Notes: generated by a model from the sequence alone, not told the origin. Counted from the stretch's first letter, positions 1 to 10,132 are shown. The stretch is 64,000 nucleotides of DNA from Candidatus Onthoplasma sp. (GCA_045633245.1 JAZQYA010000001.1:3017-67016); one strand, 5' to 3'. Numbers and translations are program-made.

Positions 1-503
1 ACTAAATATTTTAATTGTTCAACTGTGAAGTAACTGCAAGTGTAAGGTATTAACTTTTCAATTGTTGTTTTGATTTCTTCAATGCTTTTTCCTTCGTTGA
101 TCAAATCATGTGCTTTTAAAACTAAAATTCCTTCTCCGCATGAAGCATTAAGAGAATCGATAATCACAATTTTATTTGAGTGATTTTCATTTAGTTCATC
201 TGCAACTCTTTTCAAGGTTGCGCAAGTTCCAGAAAGGGCAGAAGAAAATGCAATATGTAAAATATCTTCTTTGCTTTCTAGCAAGTGCTCAAAATATTCT
301 CTAGCTGAATATTCATTTATTTGCGCAGTGGTTGGAGTTGCTCCCTCACGCATTTGTTGATAATATTCCTTTATTGGAAGATTTTCGCTTAAATCATTAT
401 AAGTTTCACCATTTAAAATGATTTGCATTGGAATCATTTTAATATTTAGTTTTTGATAATATTCTTTTGGTAAATTTGCTGTTGAATCTGTTGAAAGTAT
501 CAT
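1..503 (-). CDS. DegV family fatty-acid-binding protein (partial; 3' end lies outside the window)
   Basis: Minus-strand translation from the ATG (complement of 501-503), with AGGAG 5 nt upstream, gives MILSTDSTANLPKEYYQKLNIKMIPMQIILNGETY...AFSSALSGTC. This matches the DegV N-terminal pattern. Paralog of 2612..3526. Confidence 0.8.
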   Translation of the reverse strand, partial: MILSTDSTANLPKEYYQKLNIKMIPMQIILNGETYNDLSENLPIKEYYQQMREGATPTTAQINEYSAREYFEHLLESKEDILHIAFSSALSGTCATLKRVADELNENHSNKIVIIDSLNASCGEGILVLKAHDLINEGKSIEEIKTTIEKLIPYTCSYFTVEQLKYL

Positions 504-556
504 AATTTTCTCCTTTTTAATAATTATTTTAAATAGATTTTAATAATTATTTTAAT

Positions 557-1828
557 TTAATAATTTTTTCTTTTTAATTTTACAAGTGTTTCAAGATTTA
601 TTGTGTTTGGGAACATGTCGAAAGGCACGATTTCCTCAATAATATAGTTGTCTTTAATAACATTTAAATCTTTGGATAATGCAATAGGATTACAAGATAT
701 ATATATTATATTATCAATGCCATTTATCTCGTTCATGACATTTTTTCCGCAGCCGCGTTTTGCCGGATCAAGAATGATTGTGTTTACCTGTTTCATTTCT
801 TGTTTAAAGCATTTAAAAAAGTCGCCACAAATATTAAATATATTTGATATTTTATTTTTTTGTTTTAATTTTTCGGCACTTTTATGAGAACTCTTATTAA
901 TTTCAATTCCAATCACTTTTTTTGCTTTTTGAGCCAAAATTGCAGTTAATAATCCTTGGCCACTAAAACCATTTATAACGATAGAGTCAGAACATATATA
1001 ATTTAGCACACTCTCATATAATTTTTCTTGGATTTGTAGGTTAGTTTGATGAAAACCCAATAAATCGACAGAATAATTCAAATTAATTGTCGAATCTTTA
1101 TGCAATATTTTGATTTCTTTAATTCCACCAATGTGATTAACTTTTCCGCTTAGCACAACACTATCTTTTCTGGTATTAACAATTTCATATAGACCAACGT
1201 TTTCAAACTCTGTGGATAATGCGGATAACAAATTTGTTAAATCAATATGTTTTTTTGTCACAATGCCAACTAAAATTTGATTTTGAATTGAGCGCACAAC
1301 CAAGTTTCTAATATGTTTGCAAGGGTTATTTTGAATATAAGTTTTAAACACTTTAAACACAGAATTTATGCTATTATCAGCAAGAGGGCAATAATCAATA
1401 TCAACAATTTCATTACTTTTTTCTTTTAAAAATCCACAATTAAAACTCTGAATTGAAAAGCTCATCTTATTGCGATAATGAAAAGGGGTAGAGCAAGGTA
1501 CAGTGTCTTTTATGTTGATGTCTAACCCTGTTATTTTTTTAATTGTTTTTCTTATGTGATTTGTTTTTAGTTTAAGTTGTTCGGAATAATTCATGTGTTG
1601 CAATTGACAACCGCCACACTGGTCAAAATACGGACATTCTGGTTTGGTTCTGCTTTTGCTTTTTTTAATAATATTAGTTGATTTTGCTGTTGCATAATTA
1701 CCGTTATCGTTAAGAATGTCAACATCAACAGTTTCGCCGTTAAGTGTGTTTTCAACTAAAACAATTTTACCATCAAGTTTTCCAACGCCTTCTCCATTCA
1801 TTCCATAATCAAAGATTTTAATTTCCAT
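557..1828 (-). CDS. 23S rRNA (uracil-C5)-methyltransferase, RumA/RlmCD family
   Basis: 423-aa ORF. It has the Cys cluster CPYFDQCGGCQLQH typical of the RumA Fe-S site, a SAM-methyltransferase core and the ISCNP catalytic-Cys motif near the C-terminus. Confidence 0.85.
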   Translation of the reverse strand: MEIKIFDYGMNGEGVGKLDGKIVLVENTLNGETVDVDILNDNGNYATAKSTNIIKKSKSRTKPECPYFDQCGGCQLQHMNYSEQLKLKTNHIRKTIKKITGLDINIKDTVPCSTPFHYRNKMSFSIQSFNCGFLKEKSNEIVDIDYCPLADNSINSVFKVFKTYIQNNPCKHIRNLVVRSIQNQILVGIVTKKHIDLTNLLSALSTEFENVGLYEIVNTRKDSVVLSGKVNHIGGIKEIKILHKDSTINLNYSVDLLGFHQTNLQIQEKLYESVLNYICSDSIVINGFSGQGLLTAILAQKAKKVIGIEINKSSHKSAEKLKQKNKISNIFNICGDFFKCFKQEMKQVNTIILDPAKRGCGKNVMNEINGIDNIIYISCNPIALSKDLNVIKDNYIIEEIVPFDMFPNTINLETLVKLKRKNY

Positions 1829-2396
1829 AATTAATCACACCTTTTAGACCATTTTTAATTAGTGTCGTTAAATAGTTGCAAAGTTCGTCTAGAGTGCAAC
1901 TGATTTTTCCGTTTAACCAATTAATATAAGCATCAATTCCACCGCCAACAATATATTGGATAACAACTTTAAAACGTTCATAATTCGTTACGTATCTCAT
2001 AACCATAAAATTATTAGATATGGCAACAAAAATGATATTTTTAATTCTTTCCATTAAACCCAAACTTCCCGCATTAATAATCAACTTGTAGAATTCAAGG
2101 TCTTTTAAAAGAATTTCATTTAATTTGTTTAAAATGATTTCAGGTGTTAAATCCACTTGGATTTCTCGAAACTCTTCCTCAAGTTGTTTGAAGTTGTTTG
2201 CAAGTTCATTTTCAATGTATTCATCAACTGCTTTAATGTTCTCAAAATGTAAATAGAATGTTCCTCTATTAATCCCAGCATTTTTAACAATTTCAGTGAC
2301 GTTTAAGTTGGCAGGATTTTCGATGAGCAACTTTAAATAAGCTGATGCAACTTTCTTTTTGCTTAGTTTTGCATTTTTATATTCTTGTTTTTGCAT
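1818..2396 (-). CDS. TetR/AcrR family transcriptional regulator
   Basis: 192-aa ORF with an N-terminal HTH region (VTEIVKNAGINRGTFYLHFENI). It overlaps the downstream methyltransferase gene by 11 nt. Confidence 0.75.
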   Translation of the reverse strand: MQKQEYKNAKLSKKKVASAYLKLLIENPANLNVTEIVKNAGINRGTFYLHFENIKAVDEYIENELANNFKQLEEEFREIQVDLTPEIILNKLNEILLKDLEFYKLIINAGSLGLMERIKNIIFVAISNNFMVMRYVTNYERFKVVIQYIVGGGIDAYINWLNGKISCTLDELCNYLTTLIKNGLKGVINYGN

Positions 2397-2415
2397 AGTG
2401 TAATATTATAAATTA

Positions 2416-2441
2416 TGAACACAAAAGTCAAATAATGTTCA
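2416..2441. promoter_or_regulatory. Candidate TetR operator (TGAACA-N14-TGTTCA inverted repeat)
   Basis: Perfect 6-bp arms at 2416-2421 and 2436-2441, about 20 bp upstream of the TetR start codon. The TGAACA half-site recurs at 2525. Confidence 0.3.
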
Positions 2442-2489
2442 ATGTTTTAAAAAAAAACATAAAAAAATTCAAATTTAATGATAAGAAGA

Positions 2490-2518
2490 TTGCAAATTGT
2501 ATGTGTTTATAGTATAAT
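2490..2518 (+). promoter_or_regulatory. Sigma-70-type promoter for the DegV gene
   Basis: TTGCAA (2490-2495), a 17-nt spacer, then TATAAT (2513-2518). Confidence 0.55.
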
Positions 2519-2524
2519 TAAAAA

Positions 2525-2538
2525 TGAACAGGTGTTGA
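2525..2538. promoter_or_regulatory. Candidate TetR operator half-palindrome (TGAACAGGTGTTGA)
   Basis: Imperfect inverted repeat with one mismatch, immediately downstream of the -10 box at 2513-2518. Confidence 0.25.
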
Positions 2539-2611
2539 GGATTTTAAATAATATCACACACAAAAGAGAAAGATGTTATCAAAATTATGATAAATAAAGG
2601 AGTAAAAAAGT

Positions 2612-3526
2612 ATGGCAAAAAAAGTTGCTTTAGTTGTTGATAATTCTGGCAGTTTAACTTTGGAAGAAATGGAAAAAATTCAAGTTGAAAAAATGGTTCC
2701 AATTTCTTTTATTATTAATGGTGAAGAGTATTACGAAAATGAAAATATGAGTTACGATGAATTTTATAACTTCTTAAAAGATAAAAATACAAATGTTAGC
2801 ACGTGTCAACCTAGTTGTGAGCATGTGAAAGAAGTTTGGCGTGAAGTTTTGAAAACTTATGATGAAATTGTTTATATCTTGCTTTCCAGCGGACTTAGTG
2901 AATCTTGCAATACCGCAACAAAAGCAAGCCATGAAGAAGAATTTGAAGGTAGAGTTTTTGTTGTAAATAATCAACGCGTTGCATTCTTAAACAAAATGGC
3001 TATGTTTCAAGCTTACGAAATGATTAATCAAGGCAAGGGTGGAAAAGAAATTAAGGAATACTTAGAGCAAACCAAGAACGACACCGGAGTATATATTGCG
3101 GTTGACACACTTAAATATTTAAAAAAGGGTGGGCGTGTAACTCCAGCTGCTGCAGCGATTGGAACACTTTTAAACATTAAACCAATTCTTCAAATTCATG
3201 GTGGAAAACTTGATGCATATGCTAAAGTTATGTCAATGAAACAAGCAAAAACAAAAATGATTGCAGCAACAAGAAAAGAAATTGAAGAACGTTTTCCTGA
3301 AGAAGCAAAACAAGGAAGAGTTTATATTGGAATGGCTCATAGTTTCCAAGATAAAAATGCGCAAGAGGCAAAAGATTTTGAAACAGAAGTTCGCGCAGCT
3401 TTCTCTGATTATCCTTTCTTTACACATGATCCATTGCCACTATTCATTGCATGTCATACAGGTCCTGGGGCATTGGCAGTTGGTTATTGCGTTGACAAAA
3501 TGGATATTATTAAAAATTTAATTTAA
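2612..3526 (+). CDS. DegV family fatty-acid-binding protein
   Basis: 304-aa ORF beginning MAKKVALVVDNSGSL, with a GGAG RBS upstream. It shows the DegV pattern along its full length and is divergent from the TetR gene. Confidence 0.85.
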   Translation: MAKKVALVVDNSGSLTLEEMEKIQVEKMVPISFIINGEEYYENENMSYDEFYNFLKDKNTNVSTCQPSCEHVKEVWREVLKTYDEIVYILLSSGLSESCNTATKASHEEEFEGRVFVVNNQRVAFLNKMAMFQAYEMINQGKGGKEIKEYLEQTKNDTGVYIAVDTLKYLKKGGRVTPAAAAIGTLLNIKPILQIHGGKLDAYAKVMSMKQAKTKMIAATRKEIEERFPEEAKQGRVYIGMAHSFQDKNAQEAKDFETEVRAAFSDYPFFTHDPLPLFIACHTGPGALAVGYCVDKMDIIKNLI

Positions 3527-3583
3527 AAGTTGAAGTGGGCTGATGCTCACTTTTTCTTGGCAAAATATTTAAAATTTGTTAAT

Positions 3584-3952
3584 ATGAATTTAATGAATAA
3601 TATTATAACATTTGAATTAGAAATAAATAAATCCCGTTTTATTGCATACAAATTAGAATTAAATTCACTAGATGTTGTGAAGCCTTTTTTGGAGCAATTG
3701 AAAAAAGAACATAAAAAAGCAAGACATGTTTGTTATGCGTATGTTTTTAATAAGGATATTATAAGTGAAAAGTGTAGCGACGATGGAGAGCCAGGGGGAA
3801 CTGCCGGATATCCAATATTAAATGTTATTAAGAAAAAAAATCTAACCAATGTGCTTGTTGCAGTGGTTAGATATTTTGGTGGAATAAAGTTGGGTGCGGG
3901 TGGATTAACTCGAGCATACACTAAAGCATGCGCTGGGGTTTTATCTTTGTGA
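3584..3952 (+). CDS. IMPACT/YigZ family protein, N-terminal domain only
   Basis: Motifs SDDGEPGGTAGYPIL and VVRYFGGIKLGAGGL match the YigZ N-domain. I placed the start at the in-frame ATG at 3584 rather than the TTG at 3530. The ORF stops right after the N-domain. Confidence 0.7.
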   Translation: MNLMNNIITFELEINKSRFIAYKLELNSLDVVKPFLEQLKKEHKKARHVCYAYVFNKDIISEKCSDDGEPGGTAGYPILNVIKKKNLTNVLVAVVRYFGGIKLGAGGLTRAYTKACAGVLSL

Positions 3953-4768
3953 GTTTTCCAAAGAACTAGATAATTTTTCCAATTCGTTTTCAAAATCCAG
4001 ATCGTGAAGTTTTTCAATTGCTTCACGATTTTCTTTTGAATACTCTCTATAAATTTTATGATTATGTTTTTTTGCTTTATTGATATAATTATAAATTGAG
4101 CATAAGAAATCTAACATTTCATCATCTTCTTCAACTCTGATAAGTTCTGTTAATATTGAGGCAAAATACATGTGAGCTTTTTTGTCAGCATTTCTTTCCG
4201 AACTGCTCATGTAAGCTAATGCGTTGATATGTTTTCCTAATGATTTAATTATTAATCTGGTTTTTCTGGAACTTGGCATCAAGAAGCAAACTTGTTCAAA
4301 GGCGTCAACCAAAGCGGTATTATTTTCGTCTTCAATTTCCATGGTTTTTGGCTCTAAAATGTATTGGAAAACATGACCAAGTTCATGAAAGAATGATATG
4401 GTTAGGGTTAAAATTGACGCCTGTCTTACTTCAAGAAGTTCTTTTTTGCTAAGGGTTTCTTTTGTTTTATTTGAAGATTCTAATAAACTATATTTATTTG
4501 AGAGTTTGTTGGAATTTAATGTTATTCCAAATTTTGTTGGATCTTTTTCATCGGCGCACATTTTAGCTTCATCAAAATCGAGTTCTTTTGATTTTGTGAA
4601 ATGAATTGTTATATTATAATCGTTTTCATTTATGCCATATCCTTTAAAAATAAAAGTTTTGCATTCAACTAAAAAATTATAAACTTCTTCTTCGGTGGGA
4701 TAATCAGTGCGAATAAGGTTGAAAAAATTTCGTATATTTATTAGATTTTTGTTTAATTCTCTTTTCAT
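3941..4768 (-). CDS. Hypothetical protein with an HExxH zinc-metallopeptidase motif
   Basis: 275-aa ORF with FFHELGHVF and no signal peptide. The family is not identifiable by eye; an ImmA/IrrE-like HELGH is possible. Confidence 0.5.
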   Translation of the reverse strand: MKRELNKNLINIRNFFNLIRTDYPTEEEVYNFLVECKTFIFKGYGINENDYNITIHFTKSKELDFDEAKMCADEKDPTKFGITLNSNKLSNKYSLLESSNKTKETLSKKELLEVRQASILTLTISFFHELGHVFQYILEPKTMEIEDENNTALVDAFEQVCFLMPSSRKTRLIIKSLGKHINALAYMSSSERNADKKAHMYFASILTELIRVEEDDEMLDFLCSIYNYINKAKKHNHKIYREYSKENREAIEKLHDLDFENELEKLSSSLENSQR

Positions 4769-4889
4769 ATTTTGAGAATAACATAAAAATGCAAATAGTC
4801 AAGGGGGAAATTTAAAATATTCTTGCGAAAAATAAAAAAACATGACAATATTCAAAGTTAAGGCTGAATATCTTGTAAAAATATAATGA

Positions 4890-4917
4890 TAAAAAAATAT
4901 TAGGATAACCTAATATT
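4890..4917 (-). terminator. Rho-independent terminator of the protease gene
   Basis: 9-bp stem AATATTAGG / CCTAATATT (4896-4904 and 4909-4917), with a U-run on the minus strand. Confidence 0.6.
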
Positions 4918-4930
4918 TTTCATTTTAATT

Positions 4931-6358
4931 TTATTCAACAATTTGCAATTGTGTTGGAAGAACACCTAAAGTGTTGGTAATTCCTAAATCAACGATATTT
5001 CCGCCACGATTAACGTTAAATACGATTTTGTCCCCTGTTCGAATAGTTAACATTAAATCTGCAAGTTGATAAGCGCGGGTGATGTTATGAACATTTCCAT
5101 TGATTGAAACAGATTTAACAATGTCTCCTATTTCAAGTCCAATATAATATCCAACACCATTTACTGTGACTGATTCGACCTTAAAGTCATCAACAATTAT
5201 TGTTCGATTTGTGGTTGGATTATAAACAGCATGACTATTGCTTGCAGAATATTGAATGTCTAAAACAAGTTTTTTCACTTGAGAGGGTGTTCTGTTTAAT
5301 TCATAATAATAAATTAAGTTGTCTGCAACTTTTGTTACGTTATCAATTGGAAGAGAGTAGGCAATGTTATCAATGTCACTTGAAACAGCTTTTGCATTAA
5401 CAATACCCATTAATTCACCATCCATATTGAAGAGTCCACCTCCAGAGTTGCCGCTGTTAACAGCTGTGTCAATTCTCATAACTCTAAATTTGCAGTTGGT
5501 CACATTGTCAGCTCCGGTCATTTCAATTGTTTCACTCACAACGGAAATAATTCCGCTTGTCACACTAAAACCTTCACATTCTGGATTTCCTATTGCAATT
5601 GCAGACTCACCTATATTATATTCGGTTGCAACTGATGCGGCTTTGGCATATTCATTGTTTTCTAATAATTTGGCGGTTTGAACCCTTAAAACGGCAAGAT
5701 CATAATTCAAAGTTCCACCAATAAATTCTACTTCAACAGCACCATGTCCGTATGTGTAAGTTGGATAACCATTATTTGTCTCACCTGTGTCATATACGGC
5801 TTCTTCGCCGCCATATTGGAAAATATTTATGCGACTTGCAATATGATTTGTTGTTTTGGTTTCTGGGGAATAAACAACGTGATAATTAGTCAGGATATAA
5901 CTATATTCATCATCCATTTTATATATCACACCAGCACCACAAGCAAGAGATGTGCTTTTTTCAAAATATGCTGACATTGTTGGGAATTCACACCACACAG
6001 TAACAGCGGATTGTATTGCAATATTTGTTGCATCTTCCACTACGGATTCTGTTTTTATAACGGTTAAGTATTTTTCAATAAATGTATCAAAATCTATAGA
6101 ATTTTCTTCGCAATAGTTTTTTATGCTTTCAATTGTTAAGTCGTTACCATCTTCTCCGTCTGAGCCATTTTTTACACTAAACAAAGAGGTTGAGCCGTCT
6201 GAGTAATGTATAGTGTAAGTTGCTGTATCACCAACAACTTCGGTTTTAACTATGTTAGTTACAAAAACTTGATCTTGTTTGAAAATTGAACACGCATTTA
6301 GCAAAAAAACGCACGGAATTAAACTGATTATTAATAATATTTTCTTTAATTTTTTCAT
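4931..6358 (-). CDS. Lipoprotein, trypsin-like serine protease (S1C/HtrA-like) with a C-terminal PDZ-like region
   Basis: Signal peptide plus lipobox (FLLNAC). Catalytic triad contexts are LTNYHVV, DLAVLRV and GNSGGGLFN. Confidence 0.8.
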   Translation of the reverse strand: MKKLKKILLIISLIPCVFLLNACSIFKQDQVFVTNIVKTEVVGDTATYTIHYSDGSTSLFSVKNGSDGEDGNDLTIESIKNYCEENSIDFDTFIEKYLTVIKTESVVEDATNIAIQSAVTVWCEFPTMSAYFEKSTSLACGAGVIYKMDDEYSYILTNYHVVYSPETKTTNHIASRINIFQYGGEEAVYDTGETNNGYPTYTYGHGAVEVEFIGGTLNYDLAVLRVQTAKLLENNEYAKAASVATEYNIGESAIAIGNPECEGFSVTSGIISVVSETIEMTGADNVTNCKFRVMRIDTAVNSGNSGGGLFNMDGELMGIVNAKAVSSDIDNIAYSLPIDNVTKVADNLIYYYELNRTPSQVKKLVLDIQYSASNSHAVYNPTTNRTIIVDDFKVESVTVNGVGYYIGLEIGDIVKSVSINGNVHNITRAYQLADLMLTIRTGDKIVFNVNRGGNIVDLGITNTLGVLPTQLQIVE

Positions 6359-6560
6359 GAAACCTCTCTATTTAATTTGTGGAATTATTAATAAAATATT
6401 ATAACTACAATAATTGTAATGTTTTAAGTTTAAGATAAATAAATTATATATTGTTTTATTTTTTTTATCAACTAAATTTAAAACAACTTAAAAAAATCAC
6501 AATTTTGTCTTGTCAAAAATAAGTTAATATGTTAATCTAGCAAAAACAAAAGAGGAAATT

Positions 6561-7334
6561 ATGTCTGATAAAAAAGATAATATACACAAAAATCATAGAA
6601 ACAGACTGAAAGCCAAAGTTAACAAATTTGGTTTGGAGTGTCTTGAATATCATGAGATTTTAGAATTGTTGTTAACATATACAATTCCAAGGAAGGACAC
6701 CAATATTATCGCTCATGATTTAATTGATAATTTCAATTCTTTTGCAAATGTTATTGATGCCGACTATCATGATTTAATGAAAGTTGATGGTGTTGGACCT
6801 GAAAGCGCGCTGTTTTTAAATGTATTGTCACAGTTTATGGAAATTTACAATAAAAGCAAACTTGAAGCGAGCACATATGTTTTAAATAGCACAGACCAAG
6901 CGGTTGGGTTCTTCAGAGATTCATATAGAATTAAAAATTATGAATTTATGGTTGTGGCATGTTTAAGCAAAACAAATAGAGTTGTTAAAACTTATCTTTG
7001 CAAAGGTAGAGATGAAACAGAAGTTACATTTGATTTGAAAAAAATAATAAATTCAATTAACGATGCTGGTGTTGATAGTGTTGTTTTATTTCACACCCAT
7101 CCAAATGGAAGTGTTTCGCCAAGCGAAGAAGATGTTGCAACAACTCAAAGTTTTTTGAATATGTGCTTAATTAATGGTATTAATTTATACGATCATATAA
7201 TTCTTAATGAAAGTGAGCACTATTCTTTCAAAAAGTTTGGAATTATTGATAGAATGAAAGCAAAATATACATCAATTTTTTCAACAAATGATATCATATT
7301 CAATGGTAAAATTTTAACACCAAAAGACAAATAA
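6561..7334 (+). CDS. radC: RadC-like JAB/MPN domain protein
   Basis: 257-aa ORF with the JAMM motif HTHPNGSVSPSEEDVATT and an HhH-like LMKVDGVGPESA in the N-terminal half. Confidence 0.8.
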   Translation: MSDKKDNIHKNHRNRLKAKVNKFGLECLEYHEILELLLTYTIPRKDTNIIAHDLIDNFNSFANVIDADYHDLMKVDGVGPESALFLNVLSQFMEIYNKSKLEASTYVLNSTDQAVGFFRDSYRIKNYEFMVVACLSKTNRVVKTYLCKGRDETEVTFDLKKIINSINDAGVDSVVLFHTHPNGSVSPSEEDVATTQSFLNMCLINGINLYDHIILNESEHYSFKKFGIIDRMKAKYTSIFSTNDIIFNGKILTPKDK

Positions 7335-7364
7335 AAAAGCAACTATGCATCGTTGCTTTTTTTC
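7334..7364. terminator. Bidirectional terminator hairpin
   Basis: AGCAAC (7338-7343) pairs with GTTGCT (7352-7357), flanked by an A-run and a T-run. It sits between convergent genes and overlaps the 3' end of the minus-strand CDS. Confidence 0.55.
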
Positions 7365-8113
7365 TTTTTGTGTAAATGTTCTTGGAATGTTACAGTACCT
7401 TTTTCATTGATTATTTTATTTGCAGCGTCAATACCTCTGTTGTATTGATCTTTTGTGATTTCACCTGTTTTCAATAATTGATCGGGGTAGTAATACTCAC
7501 GTTTACTTTGTCCTGCTAGCGACCCTTGACCTTCTTTTTTAAAAACAGCAAAGAAGGTTTTGAATAAAATTTTCACATCGCCCCAGAATGTAATATTTTG
7601 AGAATATTCTAAGTCTTTTTCAAAAATGCTATCCCAAGATGCTTCACTTCTTCCGCCATTTATTTGAGATAAACATGTTATTCCAGGACGAACGCTATAA
7701 GCTTCAAATTGATTTTTATCGTAGAAGATCATGTCTTTAACGAGTCTTGGTCTTGGACCAATTAAACTCATGTCACCTTTAAGTATATTGAAAAGTTGTG
7801 GTAATTCGTCAATACCTGTTTTTCTTAAAAATTTTCCAAATTTGGTTATTCTGTCAGTGTCTGGTAAAAGTTTTCCATTTTTATCTTTTTTGTTTGACAT
7901 GCTTCTAAACTTATAAAGTTTAAACACTTTTCCATTTTTTCCCGGTCTATACTGTGCAAAAATCACAGGATGACCAACCGTCATTAATTGTATTAAAGTT
8001 ACTATTAATAAAATTGGAGATAAAACTATTAATGCTATTAAAGCAACCATAAAATCAATAAAACGTTTAAAAAATTTTTCGTAAATTCTAACTTTTTTCT
8101 TTTCTGTTTTCAT
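7343..8113 (-). CDS. Undecaprenyl-phosphate sugar phosphotransferase (priming glycosyltransferase, small WbaP/PglC-type)
   Basis: Bacterial sugar-transferase motifs are present (DELPQLFNILKGDMSLIGPRP, PGITCLSQINGG). I moved the start to ATG 8113, which is preceded by GAGGTGG. Confidence 0.85.
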   Translation of the reverse strand: MKTEKKKVRIYEKFFKRFIDFMVALIALIVLSPILLIVTLIQLMTVGHPVIFAQYRPGKNGKVFKLYKFRSMSNKKDKNGKLLPDTDRITKFGKFLRKTGIDELPQLFNILKGDMSLIGPRPRLVKDMIFYDKNQFEAYSVRPGITCLSQINGGRSEASWDSIFEKDLEYSQNITFWGDVKILFKTFFAVFKKEGQGSLAGQSKREYYYPDQLLKTGEITKDQYNRGIDAANKIINEKGTVTFQEHLHKKKKSNDA

Positions 8114-8177
8114 AAGTGCCACCTCTTGATGAAGAATATAGCACAAAAAAAATAATTTTTCAACCTTTTTTATTTAA

Positions 8178-8558
8178 TTACATATTTAAACTAGTTAAAA
8201 GAGGTAAAGGGTTAATTTTTAGTTTCAGCAATTTTTTTCCTAGATTAGTGTTAATATTGCTTAACAGCATCTCATTTTTAGATAAGGTTTTTTCTAAATT
8301 TTCAAACGTTTCATTCGCTTGTTGAAAATATAGATGGTTGTTTTTCGACAACTGTTCTTCTAAAATTGAAAAAGAAATATCTTTTAAATTTAAGAGTGTG
8401 AAAATTTTATCATATATTTTTTTTAGTGACAAGCATAAAGATTTTTGCTTTTCAATAATTGGAATTAGATTGCATGAAAAATTATTATTGTAAAAATTGT
8501 CTATTAAACTGATTGTGATATAATCATCAATTAATGAAAGTTTGATTGCCGATTTCAT
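8178..8558 (-). CDS. Hypothetical protein
   Basis: 126-aa ORF filling the gap in a same-strand gene row. No recognisable motif or clear RBS, and a terminator lies just upstream. Confidence 0.35.
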   Translation of the reverse strand: MKSAIKLSLIDDYITISLIDNFYNNNFSCNLIPIIEKQKSLCLSLKKIYDKIFTLLNLKDISFSILEEQLSKNNHLYFQQANETFENLEKTLSKNEMLLSNINTNLGKKLLKLKINPLPLLTSLNM

Positions 8559-8592
8559 ATTATTAATATATGTATTAATAAATTTTTTAGTA

Positions 8593-8625
8593 AAAAAAAC
8601 AAGGAATTTTTATTCCTCGTTTTTT
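8593..8625. terminator. Terminator hairpin at the end of the ligase-like gene
   Basis: AGGAAT (8602-8607) pairs with ATTCCT (8612-8617), flanked by an A-run and a T-run. Confidence 0.5.
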
Positions 8626-9977
8626 GTTGATACTTGTTCTGAACTTGGTTCTTCTTTAATTGAAAACCTTGGTTTGCAATTTTCAAAAAGAATTTGAGCT
8701 GATAAAATTATATATGTAAAATTATAACTTTTCATGGTGTTTGAAACCAGACTAACCAACAAAAACATTATTAATGGTATATATGAAATTAAGCTTGGTT
8801 TTTCTTTATTTAATAGTTTTAGGAATAAATAAACAATATATGCTAGAACTAAAATTCCAACAATTCCAAATCTATATAACAAGAAAAGATATAAACTGTG
8901 TGGAGATCTAATTTCGTATTGAGCGTAAATAAAAACTTCTTGCGTTAGCAATCCATTTCCAAATAATAATGTGAAAGGTGTTTTTATGCATTGTTTAAAA
9001 TAATCAGACCAGATATCATTGCGTCCGGTTGTTAAAGAGTTTAATTTGTTGTTTTTAAAAAACGCATCTCCAAGAAAGATTCTTTGAAAAATAGATGAAA
9101 TTTGTTTGTGGCATATTAATGCGATAATCAATAAGATGGTTGCGAAAATTCCAACATATTTAATTCGTTTTTTAAAATCTTGTTTTAAGTATATTATAAC
9201 AGTAATGAATGTCATCAAACACAACATCGCTATGCCCATTTTAGAAAGAGTTAATAAAATTATTACAGCTGAGAAAAGATAAATTAAAATAAATTTCCAC
9301 AAAGGCAATTTGTTATTTAGTAAGCAATACATGTAATATGTTAATCCAAACAAGGCTCTAATGTAGAGTGAATTGGGATGATTTGAAAACGCTACAAAAC
9401 GGTTCCCATATTTAGTTGTGTTGTATTGAAATTTTGGAACAAAATGAAATATTAATGATAATCCACATGTTATAAAAACGCCAGACATCATATATTTTAT
9501 CGCTTGATTGATTTCGAAATCTTTACGCATTGCAAAGAAAAGATAAAACAATGGGAAATATGTTAAATACATCCATGCGCCGGCATAAAACTTATTTGGT
9601 AAGCTGATTAAAACACTCACAAGAATAAATGATGACATTATAATTATGAGTTGTTTATAAATTGGATAAGTTTTATGTTTTACACCAATGATATACTTTA
9701 TTAATAAAACTAAAGAAAAACATATTGTGGTTCCAATTAAGCAAGATTCGTAACCGATATTGCTAAGTGTGAAACTATGAAGATACATATAAACACAAAA
9801 AGATTTTTGAACTGGTTGCAAAATAAAAAAGATAAGCGCAATTGCCGTAACGCCGATTTCCAACCATTTCCAATAGCCACTGATTAAATATACGACAGTC
9901 AACAATGCACAAGTCATAAATGTTTTATTATTGATGAGTCTGTTAAATTTATTTTTAATTTTTGAATTTAAAGTCAT
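8610..9977 (-). CDS. O-antigen ligase / polymerase-like polytopic membrane protein
   Basis: 455-aa ORF with at least 10 hydrophobic segments and a large loop, located in a polysaccharide locus. The family is inferred from topology and context only. Confidence 0.55.
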   Translation of the reverse strand: MTLNSKIKNKFNRLINNKTFMTCALLTVVYLISGYWKWLEIGVTAIALIFFILQPVQKSFCVYMYLHSFTLSNIGYESCLIGTTICFSLVLLIKYIIGVKHKTYPIYKQLIIIMSSFILVSVLISLPNKFYAGAWMYLTYFPLFYLFFAMRKDFEINQAIKYMMSGVFITCGLSLIFHFVPKFQYNTTKYGNRFVAFSNHPNSLYIRALFGLTYYMYCLLNNKLPLWKFILIYLFSAVIILLTLSKMGIAMLCLMTFITVIIYLKQDFKKRIKYVGIFATILLIIALICHKQISSIFQRIFLGDAFFKNNKLNSLTTGRNDIWSDYFKQCIKTPFTLLFGNGLLTQEVFIYAQYEIRSPHSLYLFLLYRFGIVGILVLAYIVYLFLKLLNKEKPSLISYIPLIMFLLVSLVSNTMKSYNFTYIILSAQILFENCKPRFSIKEEPSSEQVSTKNEE

Positions 9978-10132
9978 TACATAATTATATCATTTATTAT
10001 TTTTTTTGCAAGCAATTTAAATTAATTATATTAATAATTATACATTTATAACATTTTAATAGACAATGTTTTTAGTTGCCAAATTTGCTTATTTATGATA
10101 TAATTTTAGTGTATTTAAAATATGGAGATGCT

